A stretch of 64,000 bases of DNA, from the NCBI GenBank assembly GCA_900617105.1, contig UYFQ01000549.1:1-64000 (forward strand), given 5' to 3'. The DNA comes from Hydrurus foetidus (taxonomy: Eukaryota). Below the pieces are notes generated by a model. That model saw only the letters and a list, made by a program, of their open reading frames with translations. It did no database searches and was not told the origin of the DNA. A program made the position numbers and the translations under genes. This document shows, piece by piece, positions 50,596 through 62,058 of this stretch; within the stretch, counting starts at the first letter, position 1, and every line of letters starts with the position of its first letter.

Positions 50596-50912
50596 GGATT
50601 AAAAAAAGAAATGAAAATTTTTATAACTTAAGAAATGATGAATTATAAAAAATGTAAAAATTGTATCGAAAAATAAAAATGTAAAAATGTAAAATCTTAA
50701 TACAGAAAAATCTTAAATGATCTAAAAAATTGTGTATAAAAATATCTTAAAGGTTCTTAAATTTTGTATCGAAAAATAAGATTAAATAAGATAATAAATG
50801 AGTTATAAATTAAAAACATCTTAAAAGTTCTTAAATACTGAAAATATACTCGTTTTTCTATCCAAATAAATCTCTCACGGTATTTTGATAATTCATTGGT
50901 CTTACCTTTGGT
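50596..50912 (-). repeat. Right long inverted repeat
   Basis: Reverse complement of 34385-34766. Confidence 0.92.
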
Positions 50913-52611
50913 AAGAATTCTCTCTGTAAGAGAGACCAATGAATTGACTCCATATATGCTCTTATTCATTTGTATCAATAAATACTGTAACATAGCAAGC
51001 AGTGTGGTTATGTTCGACGGCCCAACCATGAGAATTGTTGGCCACTTTGTTTGTCGAAACACCATTGGTCTGACTGCCCTTCTCGGCACCGTCCGAGACG
51101 ACTCCTGTAGTTTCGATGGATTTCAGCACATCTAAAAAGTTCCAATTATTTCCTTTCGGCATGAAGAATTCATCCAAGTCGATGACGAGAAGATACTCTG
51201 ACATCTCCCTCGAATGGTACAGACATGAATTAACCTGTATAATCTCCAGTGCATGCTTCTGAAACGACAATCCCGAGACGGAAATGACACGATCGATTCC
51301 ATCGCCACTGGAGGATGTCAGAGTCAGCTTGCCTGCAACAAATATTATTCTAGATCAGTGCCATATCCTAAATTTGAAGATAGTGGCGAATGGGCCATGT
51401 TTGATCTGCTAACATACCGTCATCAATGTGACTTTGAAAAATATCCGTGAAGCTATTCATAGCTTTTGAGTTCCATCCGAAAGGCAGAGGCAGATTGATG
51501 TGGGATGCTCCTAGCAGCAAATGATGAGACACAAACTCCAAGTACATCGGTAGTGCGCTTTTAGTGGGCTCTTTGCTTGAGAAAAGAATACAGATGTGTA
51601 GCTAATCAATAGCTTCGACTGCCGACTCCATCGTCAACTCATGCCCTCTCCATGCGTCAATCGTAGTAGCTGCTTTGGAGTGGGAAAGCAAGAATCCTGT
51701 TTGCCGACTTTTCCAAGGGACAGCAAATGATGCTATTGTAGCGTTGCCTCTAATTATTTCCATGTGGATGCTTCCATTGCTGTTAGCAAAAGAGCAATAT
51801 GCGGGGGACATCGCAGGATATCTAGCAATCTGTTAGCTGTCAGTCTGTTTGGCATGAGCACGCCCATCACCGTATAAGGTTTGGATTCCGACGAATGGCG
51901 AATTTCACAACGAAACATCTCTTCATTTGCCATCTGGATTCTCGCACCTGACGGGTGGTATTGTGTATTTCGAAACTTAACGATTGTGCGCCGCCACGTT
52001 TCCCTCATTATTGGATGAACTTTGTGAACATAAAGACTATCAACAGATGGTGCCAGTATGTGGTGACATATCATGAAGGTCGTGAGATAGAGGTTTGCCG
52101 ATGACGATGAACGTTCGATCATCGAGCTTAGTATATATTCGCTCTCATCAGAAGCGAACGATGGAAGTTTTGTCCTCTGCAGAGCGTAGTCAACAGGATT
52201 CTTTCTCCTACGGGTGATGTCTTCGGCAAGTCTGGTAGATGAACCATATATAATACCTGATGCAGTGCTATTGAATGCATCCAGTGACGCTGTTGGGAAA
52301 GTTTTCTGAGCTGGTGTGGTGGCGCCTGAATTGAAATGTGGCGTGTAATCAGAAACGTGAAGCGATGGCCCTGCCAGCATCTTTGTGTCCACTACAGCAT
52401 TGTCATCGATGTCCCCTCCCAAATCTTGCGCGCCACTGTTGTGCCCGGCCCTTGCGATTAATTGTCGCTCAAGATCTGAATATAGAGGAGGCGAAGTGCT
52501 TGAAAGTGTTGTTTTGTGAACTCTACGTACCCACAAAGACACATGGACATTCATAACGATGACGACGATGAAAGCCGTACACCATCGAGCATGTGCCAGT
52601 AGCAGACGCAT
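50913..52611 (-). pseudogene. Type II membrane glycosyltransferase (GT92/DUF23-like) pseudogene, 3'-truncated at the inverted repeat
   Basis: N-terminal hydrophobic anchor (AFIVVIVMNVHVSLWV), LLDILRCP, and QVNSCLYHSREMSEYLLVIDLDEFF (DxDE motif). Several frameshifts and stops. Confidence 0.65.
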
Positions 52612-52838
52612 GTTTAGGGTTTTGAATGTTTACATGGGTCGGCAAGGTTGGTTTGAGTCGCCTCCCCGCTGTGTACAAATGGAATGCCTTTGGAATATCA
52701 TTGTGAAATAGCATCGAATCCATTGGAACACCTGGGGCGGTGTCGTCGAAACCTTTCCGTCGTTGGTACAGTATATAATATAATATGAGATGTTGGATGT
52801 TGTCACCACTTTTTCAAATGAATTTCGTGGGTGCCGTT

Positions 52839-55800
52839 TGTTGGATATTGTGCTGTAGGGCTACCGTTAGTTGCGAGGTGTACTTACGCGTGTACGTTAC
52901 CGAGTCCGGTTAACGGCGCGACACTTTGAATGCGTGAAAATGAATAAGTTAGTTAGCGTACTACACTGTAGTTGTGTAGCTGACCGAATAAACGTCGTGG
53001 CTAATGCACAGGGACATTAGTCACTAGTTTAACTAACAAGTACTGACCGAAAGTATTCGTTATTTTACAAGCCTTGGAACGTTCCGTACATCTGAGCTGT
53101 CCGAGAACTCTGGATTTCCAATATAGTTAAACTGAGAGGAAGCATCGTGATGCCTCCCAAACGTTTCCCAGAACCTAAAGATGCAAAGGAATGCATGCTT
53201 CAGATTGGGAAATTCAACAACGTAGTCGCCTGGAACCTTGAGATGAGGTCCCTGACGGTGACGGCATACGGTAGTAGTGCCCTGTTCCTGACTACGAACG
53301 AGAGATTCGTATATCCACTTCCACGAGAGGAAGATTTCCTGGTGGAGTATCCTGTAGGTCCCGACGATCTCCCTGCACTCGTGATGTCAGCTGCTCTCAT
53401 TGCCGACTGCAAGAGGGACGCATTTACCGGCAGACAAAAGGATATCAGGAAACAGAAAGGGAACGAAAAGATGCTTTACGGATTCATTTGGGACAAAATG
53501 TCCACCGCTTCCCAAAGCAAAGTCAAAGAAGAGGAAGAGTTCGAACTGGCAGACGTCAATAAGGATCCTGTGATGCTGTGGACCCTTATCAGGCGCACTC
53601 ACCTGACTCACGTACATGGGATTCAAGAGCCCATGGTTCGCCTCAACAAACGTGAACAGATCGCTAAATACAGCGCATTGAGACAAGGTGATAGGGAGTA
53701 TATTGCCTCTTTTAAAATCCGTTATGACGCGCAGGTCCAGGCCGGCATTGGAGCCGGACTCCCTGCCATCGACGAAGAAACCATGGCTATGGACTTTCTC
53801 CACAAACTCGATCCGAAAAGATTCGACAGAATGCTCAATCATATGCGTAGGAACGCTATAAGTAACGCTGGGGAGTCGTATCCGGCTACTCTAGCCGCCG
53901 CAGTCCGGATAGCGTCCGCATGGCCAGATGAAGGTTCAGGGTCCGCGAATTCCAACCCTTCGGGAACCGATACCCACTCTGCCTTCCTCACAGCAGACTC
54001 AGCCTTTGTGACGAAGTCTAAGGACAAAAAGCCAAACGCTGCACCAACGCCCGACAAAGCTGCCGCTGGGAAGAAAAAGTCTCTCTCGGAAGTGGAATGT
54101 TATGTCTGTGGGGAATTTGGCCACTACGCCCGTGATTGTAAGGATAGGAAAGCTGCGGCAAAAGTCTTAGTCACCAAAACGTGTGGGGATGACAACTTTG
54201 ACGAGGACGGGTATGAGAAGGATGATGATGAAGGAACAATTTACGTTACGACATCCGAGACTGTTCTTTTCTCTATCAACGACGTACTACTGGACAGCCA
54301 GGCCTCGGTCAACGTCTTTTGCAATCCTCTATTGCTCAAGAACGTGAGAAAATCGGATAGACATGTCCTATTGAATAGTGTTCAATCTGGTGCTGCTGGG
54401 GTCAAAATCACACAAGAAGGAGATTTCAACGACGTTGGGAAAGTGCATTTCAGCGCCGAAGCAACGGCTAACATATTGTCTTACGCTGTGATGGTGGACG
54501 AAGGAAACGGAGTTACATATGATCAGGAAAATGATCGATTCGAACTTAGACCATCGGGGAGTAAACTCATTTACTCATTCTGCAGGAAGAATGTTTCAGG
54601 GAGTGAGGGTCGATTCTACTGTTGCGACGTCAAGTCTATGGTGAAGACACGTGCAACAGTATATCCAGTAATTGTAGCTCATGCTATGAGAGAGACAGAG
54701 CGTGAGAACATGCTTTAATACACTAAGCGTGAGGTCGAAGGTGCTTACAGAGCAAGAGATCTGTTGGCCAGAATGGGATTCCCTCCCGTTTCTCAAGCGA
54801 TCGATATTGCTACTCGAGGTGTGAACTTCACTGTCACTGCTCGGGATTTTCACGTTGCAAATGATATATGGGGTCCCGATATTGCATCTCTGAAGGGGAA
54901 GTCTAAGAAACACGCAACCAACATTGCAGAGATTGATATCACGAAACAGTTTATCCAGCAAGAACAGATCTTATCGGTTGACGTGATGTATGTCGAGGGC
55001 ATCGCATCCCTCATCGGATTGGCGACACCGTTGGATCTTACGATGGCGGTGTCGTTGCTTACACTCGATTCAATTCATAGTTCGAGGTCAGCAGGTATCA
55101 TTAGAGATGGAATACAAGGATTCATATCAACGTTGGCGTCGCGAAACTTCTCGACCCGACTTATTATGAGTGACGGAGAGGGGGCGATTGGTAAGATAAC
55201 AAGTCAGTTGAATCTTATGGGTATCGAAGTCGACGTTAGTGGTGCAGGGGGCCATATTGCCCGTATCGAGAGGAAAATTCAGACGGTAAAAGAAAGAGTT
55301 AGAGCACACATTGCACATCAACTCCCCTTTACACTAACCACTCTTTGCTTGCTTGTGGCAATGCTAGTACTGTTCTATGTGTCTAGGCTAAACTACCAAA
55401 CATCAGGACTCGGAACTGGATCCGAGAGCCCGAGGGTAGCTTTCTCCGGAAGACAAGTCAACGAATCACTAGACTTCAGAGCCAGCTTTGGACAGTACGC
55501 CCAACGCACAGTCGCCAACACCGACAGCTCTATGAGTGCGCGCACCGAGGATTGTATTGTTATGTTGCCAACCGGTAACAGAACCGGGTCTGTAAAGATG
55601 ATGTCGATTAGGACCGGTAAGCTAGTCACTCGTGACCAATTCAAGCTACTCCCGATGCCATCTACTGTTATTGCCAGGCTTAATGAAATGGCAGCCGGAG
55701 AGGGAAGGAAGATTGGTATCAGAACTGACATGGTGTACAGTGTGGAGCGAGGGTTGGAGAAGAACGTTACGTACATGCAATCGACAGCCGACTTAGCCGC

Positions 55801-56498
55801 ACCCACGGTGCATCCGGCAGAGCGCTATGAGGACAATTCGATTGGTCAGCTGGCGGATACTAATATCGATTTCAACACGGATACCGAGCCACAACAAGAA
55901 TCTTATTAGGCTGAAGAAATCGAGAATGACATACGAGATATGGATGCGCAAGTCAACTCTCCACAGCGTCAAATCGAGTTCAATACAGATGATCTCGATG
56001 TGGGACCATTTGTGGAATTCTACGAGCCAGTTATTGAAGCATTCAATCATCGTGACGCTTCAGTACCTGTCACACCACCGCGGTCGGGGGGTGCCAGAGA
56101 ATAATCGATGTAACGATATCACATATAGTCCACTGCAATATAATGTTTGATTGCGACTTCTGCTTAGCGAATATAATGATAATAATGTGTGAACTGCGGT
56201 ATCCCTAGGGGTGTGTTGAATATTGTGCTGTAGGGCTACCGTTAGTTGCGAGGTGTACTTACGCGTGTACGTTACCGAGTCCGGTTAACGGCGCGACACT
56301 TTGAATGCGTGAAAATGAATAAGTTAGTTAGCGTACTACACTGTAGTTGTGTAGCTGACCGAATAAACGTCGTGGCTAATGCACAGGGACATTAGTCACT
56401 AGTTTAACTAACAAGTACTGACCGAAAGTATTCGTTATTTTACAAGCCTTGGAACGTTCCGTACATCTGAGCTGTCCGAGAACTCTGGATTTCCAATA
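52839..56498 (+). mobile_element. Non-autonomous Copia, CoDi-like (copy D): LTR-gag-PR-IN-LTR with no RT/RNase H
   Basis: 285-bp LTRs at 52839-53123 and 56214-56498. 5-bp TSD CCGTT (52834-52838, 56499-56503). PPT-like AGGGGTG before the 3' LTR. Confidence 0.95.
53147..55909 (+). pseudogene. Gag-protease-integrase polyprotein with one in-frame TAA (54716-54718)
   Basis: CYVCGEFGHYARDC knuckle, VLLDSQAS protease, YTKREV..ARDLLARMGFP..GPDIASLKGK, DDE motifs LSVDVMY/IMSDGEG/IERKIQ. Confidence 0.9.
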
Positions 56499-56769
56499 CC
56501 GTTATGTGCCCAATGATGCTCTGTTCAAAACTAGAAGCACAGATGGCAGAAGATGATTTTTTCCATTTTCATTTTTTTTCCCGGAACATTCCCTCTTGGA
56601 ATAAGTCTGCCTTTTGGATCCTGGATCCATTCAGAGCACCTTGTTGATAGCAGTGGTTCGTTCAGAACACACTTTGCTTTCAGCTAGTCGACCAAGTCGT
56701 TCAAACAGCTCACTCAAGTGTAGGTATAATGGCTCACGGCCATATAGTCTCTTTTAATTAGAAGTGCTC

Positions 56770-59700
56770 TGTGAGTCAGACTGTGGAGTGAAGCGAGCTA
56801 CCTGTTGGCTGCGGAAGCGCAAAGGAAAGACTGGCTGATGGAAGTGGTCTCGGAAGACGTGTTTACTTACAACGATCAAGTAGTAAAACAACTGGCGATG
56901 ATATCAGAGAAGACAACCATCAAAGAAGCAAAGCAAAGCATCCATTGTGTGATCGCCGAAGTGGAAATATATTTAGCGAATATTCAAGTTGGCGATTGAG
57001 CAATGGGCGGAACCCTCGCTGCTCATGAAATCGGATGCTTGGTGGAAACCGGATACCTGGTGGAAAGCCGGATGCTTGGTGGTGAAAAACCGGATGCTTG
57101 GTGATGGCCCCGAAGGGGGATATCGCTAGAAGAACGATGAGCGTATGTACACAACAGTGTATGGCGGTGTTTTGGGTGAGGAAGCGCTACACTACTTGTG
57201 ACATGTGAATGCTAATCTACAGATGAAACTATGCTAACAGATCATGCATGAATATGCTGGACTGACACTCCCCGTAGTGAAGATGTAGCTGAACGTGTTA
57301 TTGAGAGTATCGAAATGAATGATATGTGTATATATACTCCCCGTACTGAGGATGTACTCCCCGTACGAGAGATTTGGCAAAAAGTGTAAAAAGTTAGTTA
57401 TAATATATGCGTGCACTCATATAAGATAGTAAAATTAGTACGTATGTTAGAAATATGGATATTAAGTATTTGTGTTATTTAATATTAGTTCGTAAAGACT
57501 TGTCAACGAGCCTGTGCGTTAGGTATTCGAAAAGTGGTAGTGGAACTCTTTTCGTACCTATGTCTGAGTTGTTTTCGCCCGAAGGGATTTTAACAATGAC
57601 ACAGGTACCATCGGCGACTTTGTCCTTAAAGTAGTTTTCGCTCAGGTCAATGTGACGAAGGTTCTTGGTCATGTGTGTATGATTTGAAGCATCAACACAA
57701 GCAGAATTGTCTTCTTCGATGACTGTAGGAGCTTGTGTCCATCCCATGTGGTTTAGTATGCCCCGGAGGGGAATGACATCGGATTTAACTGCCTTGATTT
57801 CGGATTCCGCAGTTGATGATGAGATGCTGCCCTGGTCGGTACTCTTCCAGCAGATGACATTGTCGGCGAGGTAGCCAATGTAGGAGGTCTGGGAGTGACG
57901 GTTGTCTTTGTTACCGGCGAGGTCGGCGTCGCATTGGAACTTCAACTGCAGTAGACTGGTCATCGTAGCGATGTCGGTGGGACCGTCGTGTGTGGTGAAT
58001 TTCAGTCTATCCATCTTGGCGTACTTGACATATCGAAGTAAGTGCTTAAGAAACTTGATGTGTCTTGCACCTGGACTGTTACTATATCTTGATAGTATGT
58101 TGAGAGCGTACATGATTGTGATCAATGTGTGTACCATACCGTACATAAGCTGACCAACTACCCGTCGGTAGGGATACTTATTATACATGTGCCTATCGAG
58201 ATCGGTAGAGTTGTCCGCCTTGGACAGACTCTCACCAGAAGGTGGATATGGTAGATGCTCATCGGCGGCGCCAGCAAGGTTGGCCTCCGATACAATGGAT
58301 GTGATCATGCGTGATTGATCCATGTAGTAGTTGAAGTTTTCATCGCATGTAATGCGGATGCCGACGAACTCTTTGGAGGTCGCGTCGGTGACTTCATACT
58401 TGTGGGAGTTGAATGTAGCGATGAGGAGATCCCATTCGCTAATGAATGCAAGTGGTCCGAACCACCTGAAGTCGTCTGAGTGTGCTATCAGTATCAGGGG
58501 TTGACCTTGGACCCACTTAAAGAAGAACTTTAAGTCCCACGGTGTGTTTTCGTATCCACATTCGCGTACACATTTGTCGAATTCCTTTGAGAAATTCTGG
58601 CCTGCTGGTGGAAAACCGTAGAGGTTGCCAATGGCTTGAAAGCATGTGCCAAAAGGTGTGGTGTAACCTTGAGGTGTCTTGATGTGAACGGGAAAGTCGG
58701 GGTTAGCGAGTGTGATTAAGTAGGCGCCTACTAAATCTCCTCCCCGCATGGATAATTTGTAGGTTGCGGCTATGACGAGTGCAATCTTGATCGATGACGC
58801 ATTGACATTACCGCAGTATACTGCGTAGGGGTCGAAGTCGACCCAGGGTATCATGAGATCACCACGACCTACGAGGCGGGCCTTCTTGGTGCCGTCAGTC
58901 TTGATACTGAAGAGCCACATCATTGGTACGAGGTGCTGGCCGGTGAAGGGGACAGACCTGAAGCAGTTGTTGACTTCAAACTTAGTTCGCTCAGTGTTGA
59001 TGGCCTGTTCCCACTCTGGGTACTGCATTGCGGTCCAGAAGTCTTTGGGGATGTAGGGATCCTTGATTTGGACTGCTATGTTGTAGTGCAGGACACGGAA
59101 GAGGTGAACAGGAAAGCATGTGGAAGAACTGGTGTAGGTGGACCAGTATATCATGTCATCGTTGACTGAGTGCTCTGTCTCAGGGACAGGGGTTATATAG
59201 TCGGGTTCGATAAGGGGTGCAGGTGAGGGGAGGCCGGGTAGGTCGACTCGCTCAGGCACCACAATAGGGTCATTATTATTATCAGTATAGTAGAGGGACG
59301 GGATGAGGGCGAAGGCCTCGTCGGTAGGGAAGTGTGCATCTGAGTCATGCTTGAAGTTGTTGTGCATGTCGAAGATGACATCCTTACTGACTCGAACAGT
59401 ACCGTAGGTGTTCTTGGGTAGTATTCTAATACTAAGTATTATAGATGCAAACCAACCAAACGAAAGGCACGAGGTGACCCAACTTTACTTTTCTGATCTG
59501 GCTGCTTGACATAGCCGGGTGCCCAGAATGGTCGACGCATCCTGATATCCACGTGTTGCCCAGAAGTGAAGTGATACGGAGAAGTACCAATACGCTTGTT
59601 AAGGTTAAAGGAATGAGTAACACATGCATAGGACATTGCAAGGTCCCAGAACTTCATTGGCACATGCGGAACAGGGGTTATCATGGCAACGTTGGTCTTG

Positions 59701-60170
59701 AGAGCTACAATGCCGACTGCTCGCTCAGCGATGCCGTTGGCATGTTTGTCACGAGGTGCAGTGTGCTCAAGTCGGTATCGGTATCGGATGCAAAGCGCTG
59801 TAAACTCTTCAGATCGGTAGTTGGCCTCTGTGTCATGCCGGATGAAGCGATCAACCCCAGGAGTATTGTCGTTCCATTGGGGGGTTAGGTCGAAGAAGGC
59901 TGCAATGCGGGCACAGAGTTCAGAGGCAGACCGGTCTTTTGTATATACAGGATAGTATTGTCCCGACGCGAGGTCGGTGAGGATGTGAGTGTAACGGTAG
60001 TTACGGAAGGATGGAGTCGAGTGGGTATAGGCATCCAAGGAGAACTGCTGGCCGACGAGGGTAGTTGTGTCTCTGTGGATGCGACGATAGTCTGTGGATG
60101 CTTGACGCATGGCGCCATGGGCGCATCCAGGACAGACCGGACGGGAGGTGTGTGCGTCTTTGGTGGTGAA
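56770..60170 (-). mobile_element. Copia copy B (5'-truncated): IN remnant, RT-RNase H, PPT and 3' LTR
   Basis: Near-identical to copy A where they overlap. LTR at 56770-57267 (498 bp, TGTGAGTC...GACTGACA). Confidence 0.95.
57475..59367 (-). CDS. Copia reverse transcriptase-RNase H (open for 630 aa)
   Basis: KKARLVGRG, GDLVGAYL, LYGFPPAG, AHSDDF, YRRVVGQLMY, CDADLAG, STAESE, EDNSAC, SDIGTK. Confidence 0.92.
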   Translation of the reverse strand: MHNNFKHDSDAHFPTDEAFALIPSLYYTDNNNDPIVVPERVDLPGLPSPAPLIEPDYITPVPETEHSVNDDMIYWSTYTSSSTCFPVHLFRVLHYNIAVQIKDPYIPKDFWTAMQYPEWEQAINTERTKFEVNNCFRSVPFTGQHLVPMMWLFSIKTDGTKKARLVGRGDLMIPWVDFDPYAVYCGNVNASSIKIALVIAATYKLSMRGGDLVGAYLITLANPDFPVHIKTPQGYTTPFGTCFQAIGNLYGFPPAGQNFSKEFDKCVRECGYENTPWDLKFFFKWVQGQPLILIAHSDDFRWFGPLAFISEWDLLIATFNSHKYEVTDATSKEFVGIRITCDENFNYYMDQSRMITSIVSEANLAGAADEHLPYPPSGESLSKADNSTDLDRHMYNKYPYRRVVGQLMYGMVHTLITIMYALNILSRYSNSPGARHIKFLKHLLRYVKYAKMDRLKFTTHDGPTDIATMTSLLQLKFQCDADLAGNKDNRHSQTSYIGYLADNVICWKSTDQGSISSSTAESEIKAVKSDVIPLRGILNHMGWTQAPTVIEEDNSACVDASNHTHMTKNLRHIDLSENYFKDKVADGTCVIVKIPSGENNSDIGTKRVPLPLFEYLTHRLVDKSLRTNIK

Positions 60171-60265
60171 CCACGATGTAATATCGTGCAACGGGAAATA
60201 GTTAATTATGAGTTATAAACTTGTTTGGCGACACAGCAGGTAACGAGTGGTGGCAAGCAATCTAC

Positions 60266-60603
60266 CTAGAAGTTACTCTGACGTTGCAATTCCTGATATA
60301 TCAGATTGCAAGAGATGAATCTCTGCATATGATAAATGAGGTAGTAGTTCATACTCTTATACATACTGAAAGGATGGTAGGTGACCAGTCTCGTACTGAA
60401 TGCTACCTGGGTCTACTGAGGCTATGTTTGAGGTACTATGCATACGATACTAAAGGCATTGAGGAAGCGACTTGACTGTATGCTATTGTGTGTTCCTTAA
60501 CATGCATTTAAACACTAAAATGTGAATTATCTATAATGCTAATTGGTGATTATCTTTACGGTATATACGGCTGTAATATGCACGTATGGCAGTCGTAAGC
60601 CGA
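60266..60603 (+). repeat. Dispersed repeat, copy 2
   Basis: Matches 25985-26333. Confidence 0.8.
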
Positions 60604-60824
60604 CACACCCCGTAATCAACAATTGCATATGTAATGAATATTTTGACTTCTTGACACTAATTGGAATGTCGATTCCGGCACTTGGTCTTATATGTTTAAT
60701 CTCGTTCGAGCTTTTGTCGGTACGAATGATATTGAATATCAGGGCTATTGTCTCTCTAGAATTCTGTAACGTGAGCTTTTTATTGTTTGAATAAGTGAAT
60801 ATGTTAATTGGCATATGCTTGTAT

Positions 60825-61050
60825 TGTCAGTGCAGAATATTCATGCATGATCTGTTAGCATAGTTTCATCTGTAGATTAGCATTCACATGTCACAAGTAG
60901 TTTGGCTCCCTCAGGGTCTGCTACCCCATTCAGCCCATTCATTCCACATTAGTATCTTCGTGTTCACAGCCGCGACTATCAGTCACTAGCTAGTTTGTGC
61001 TGCTTTGCAGAAGTTACTAGCGTACCTTCTGTTTGCATCCCTAACTAACA
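60825..61050 (+). repeat. Two fused LTR fragments (start of a Copia A/B-type LTR, then start of the 32440-type LTR)
   Basis: 60825-60900 is the reverse complement of ~57192-57267. 60903-61050 matches 32442-32590. Confidence 0.85.
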
Positions 61051-61086
61051 AGCTCCTTTCAGCCTTTAGGCAACGCTCCATTTGCA

Positions 61087-61482
61087 GTGCACTCTTCCGC
61101 TGAAACGTCCAGTGTCGCCTTCAGTCCCTGCGAAGCTGAATATCTTGCACTTGGAAGATGTGCTAAAGACGTCACTTTCTTTCGCCAATTTGCATCTGAT
61201 CTAGGCTTCCCCCAAACATCCCCAACGATCATTCGTGAAGACAACCAACCAGCCATCAACCTCACCATTGCACACCAGATCACCCGCAAGTCACGACACA
61301 TCGTTTTTAAATCTCATTACATACGCTGGCTCTTTAAGACCAAAGAGATCGTCCCTCAGCACATAAGCACACATGACATGATAGCCGACGGTCTGACAAA
61401 AAGCCTGACCCCCTCAAAGTTCTTATGGTTCCGCAGCAAACTTCTCAACATTCCACCTACCTCACTCAACCCAACCTCATAA
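61087..61482 (+). pseudogene. Copia RNase H C-terminal fragment (third lineage)
   Basis: VAFSPCEAEYLAL, IIREDNQPAI, SRHI..HYIR, MIADGLTKSL. Confidence 0.88.
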
Positions 61483-62058
61483 CTGTTAATTCACACTTGC
61501 TGTCATACTGTTTTCACATAACTTATATTAAGCCACATATCGAATCATCGTATGTCGCTTACCGGCGCATGTCATTGCATTGTCATTTCAAACATACAGT
61601 ACAACGCTCACCGAACAACCGAGCAGTCCCATTGAACGATGACGACCAGATCTTTCACTTGTTGAAGCAGTTCCGAACTGGTCGCGACCAGCTTTTTGAA
61701 CAGCTACACATTGTCCATTTCAACTGCATCCATTTCACTCAATTTACCTCATCGTCTCCTTTCCACAATCACAATCTTTCAATCGGTAAACTTTAAACCA
61801 ATTCTGTTTCTTATTAGGCCAAACCTTATAGCGCCACGGATCACAGATTTTCAATTGAAAATTGGTGATTTGTCGCCCTTTCAGACCCATATAGCGCCTC
61901 GGAATCGTATTTCAAAATTTGTATTGACCGATTTTGAAAATTTGAGACGGGATTTGGGGCACTTCTCCGTAATTCAATTCTCGTTTTGGACGACGATATC
62001 TTGACCTAGGATGGCCAAGTAGATTACATTCAAATCACATTTAGACACTAATATCTCA

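Larger units (their letters stand above)
34385..50912. mobile_element. 16.5-kb foldback-like non-autonomous element (long TIRs, satellite and cargo cassette)
   Basis: ACCAAAGGTAAGACCAATGAATTATC... at 34385 and its reverse complement ending at 50912. Inverted homology runs for >300 bp. No transposase inside and no matching TSD. Confidence 0.75.

Noticed and set aside
34385..50912. Polinton/virophage or Fanzor/TnpB element
   Set aside because: No polymerase, capsid, integrase or RuvC-like motifs were seen inside the TIRs.
5721..56770. LTRs at 5341 and 56770 as the two ends of one giant element
   Set aside because: Their internal domains face outward (A lies left of its LTR, B right of its LTR) and the flanks (GATAA versus TGCTC) are not a TSD. 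They are two separate insertions.
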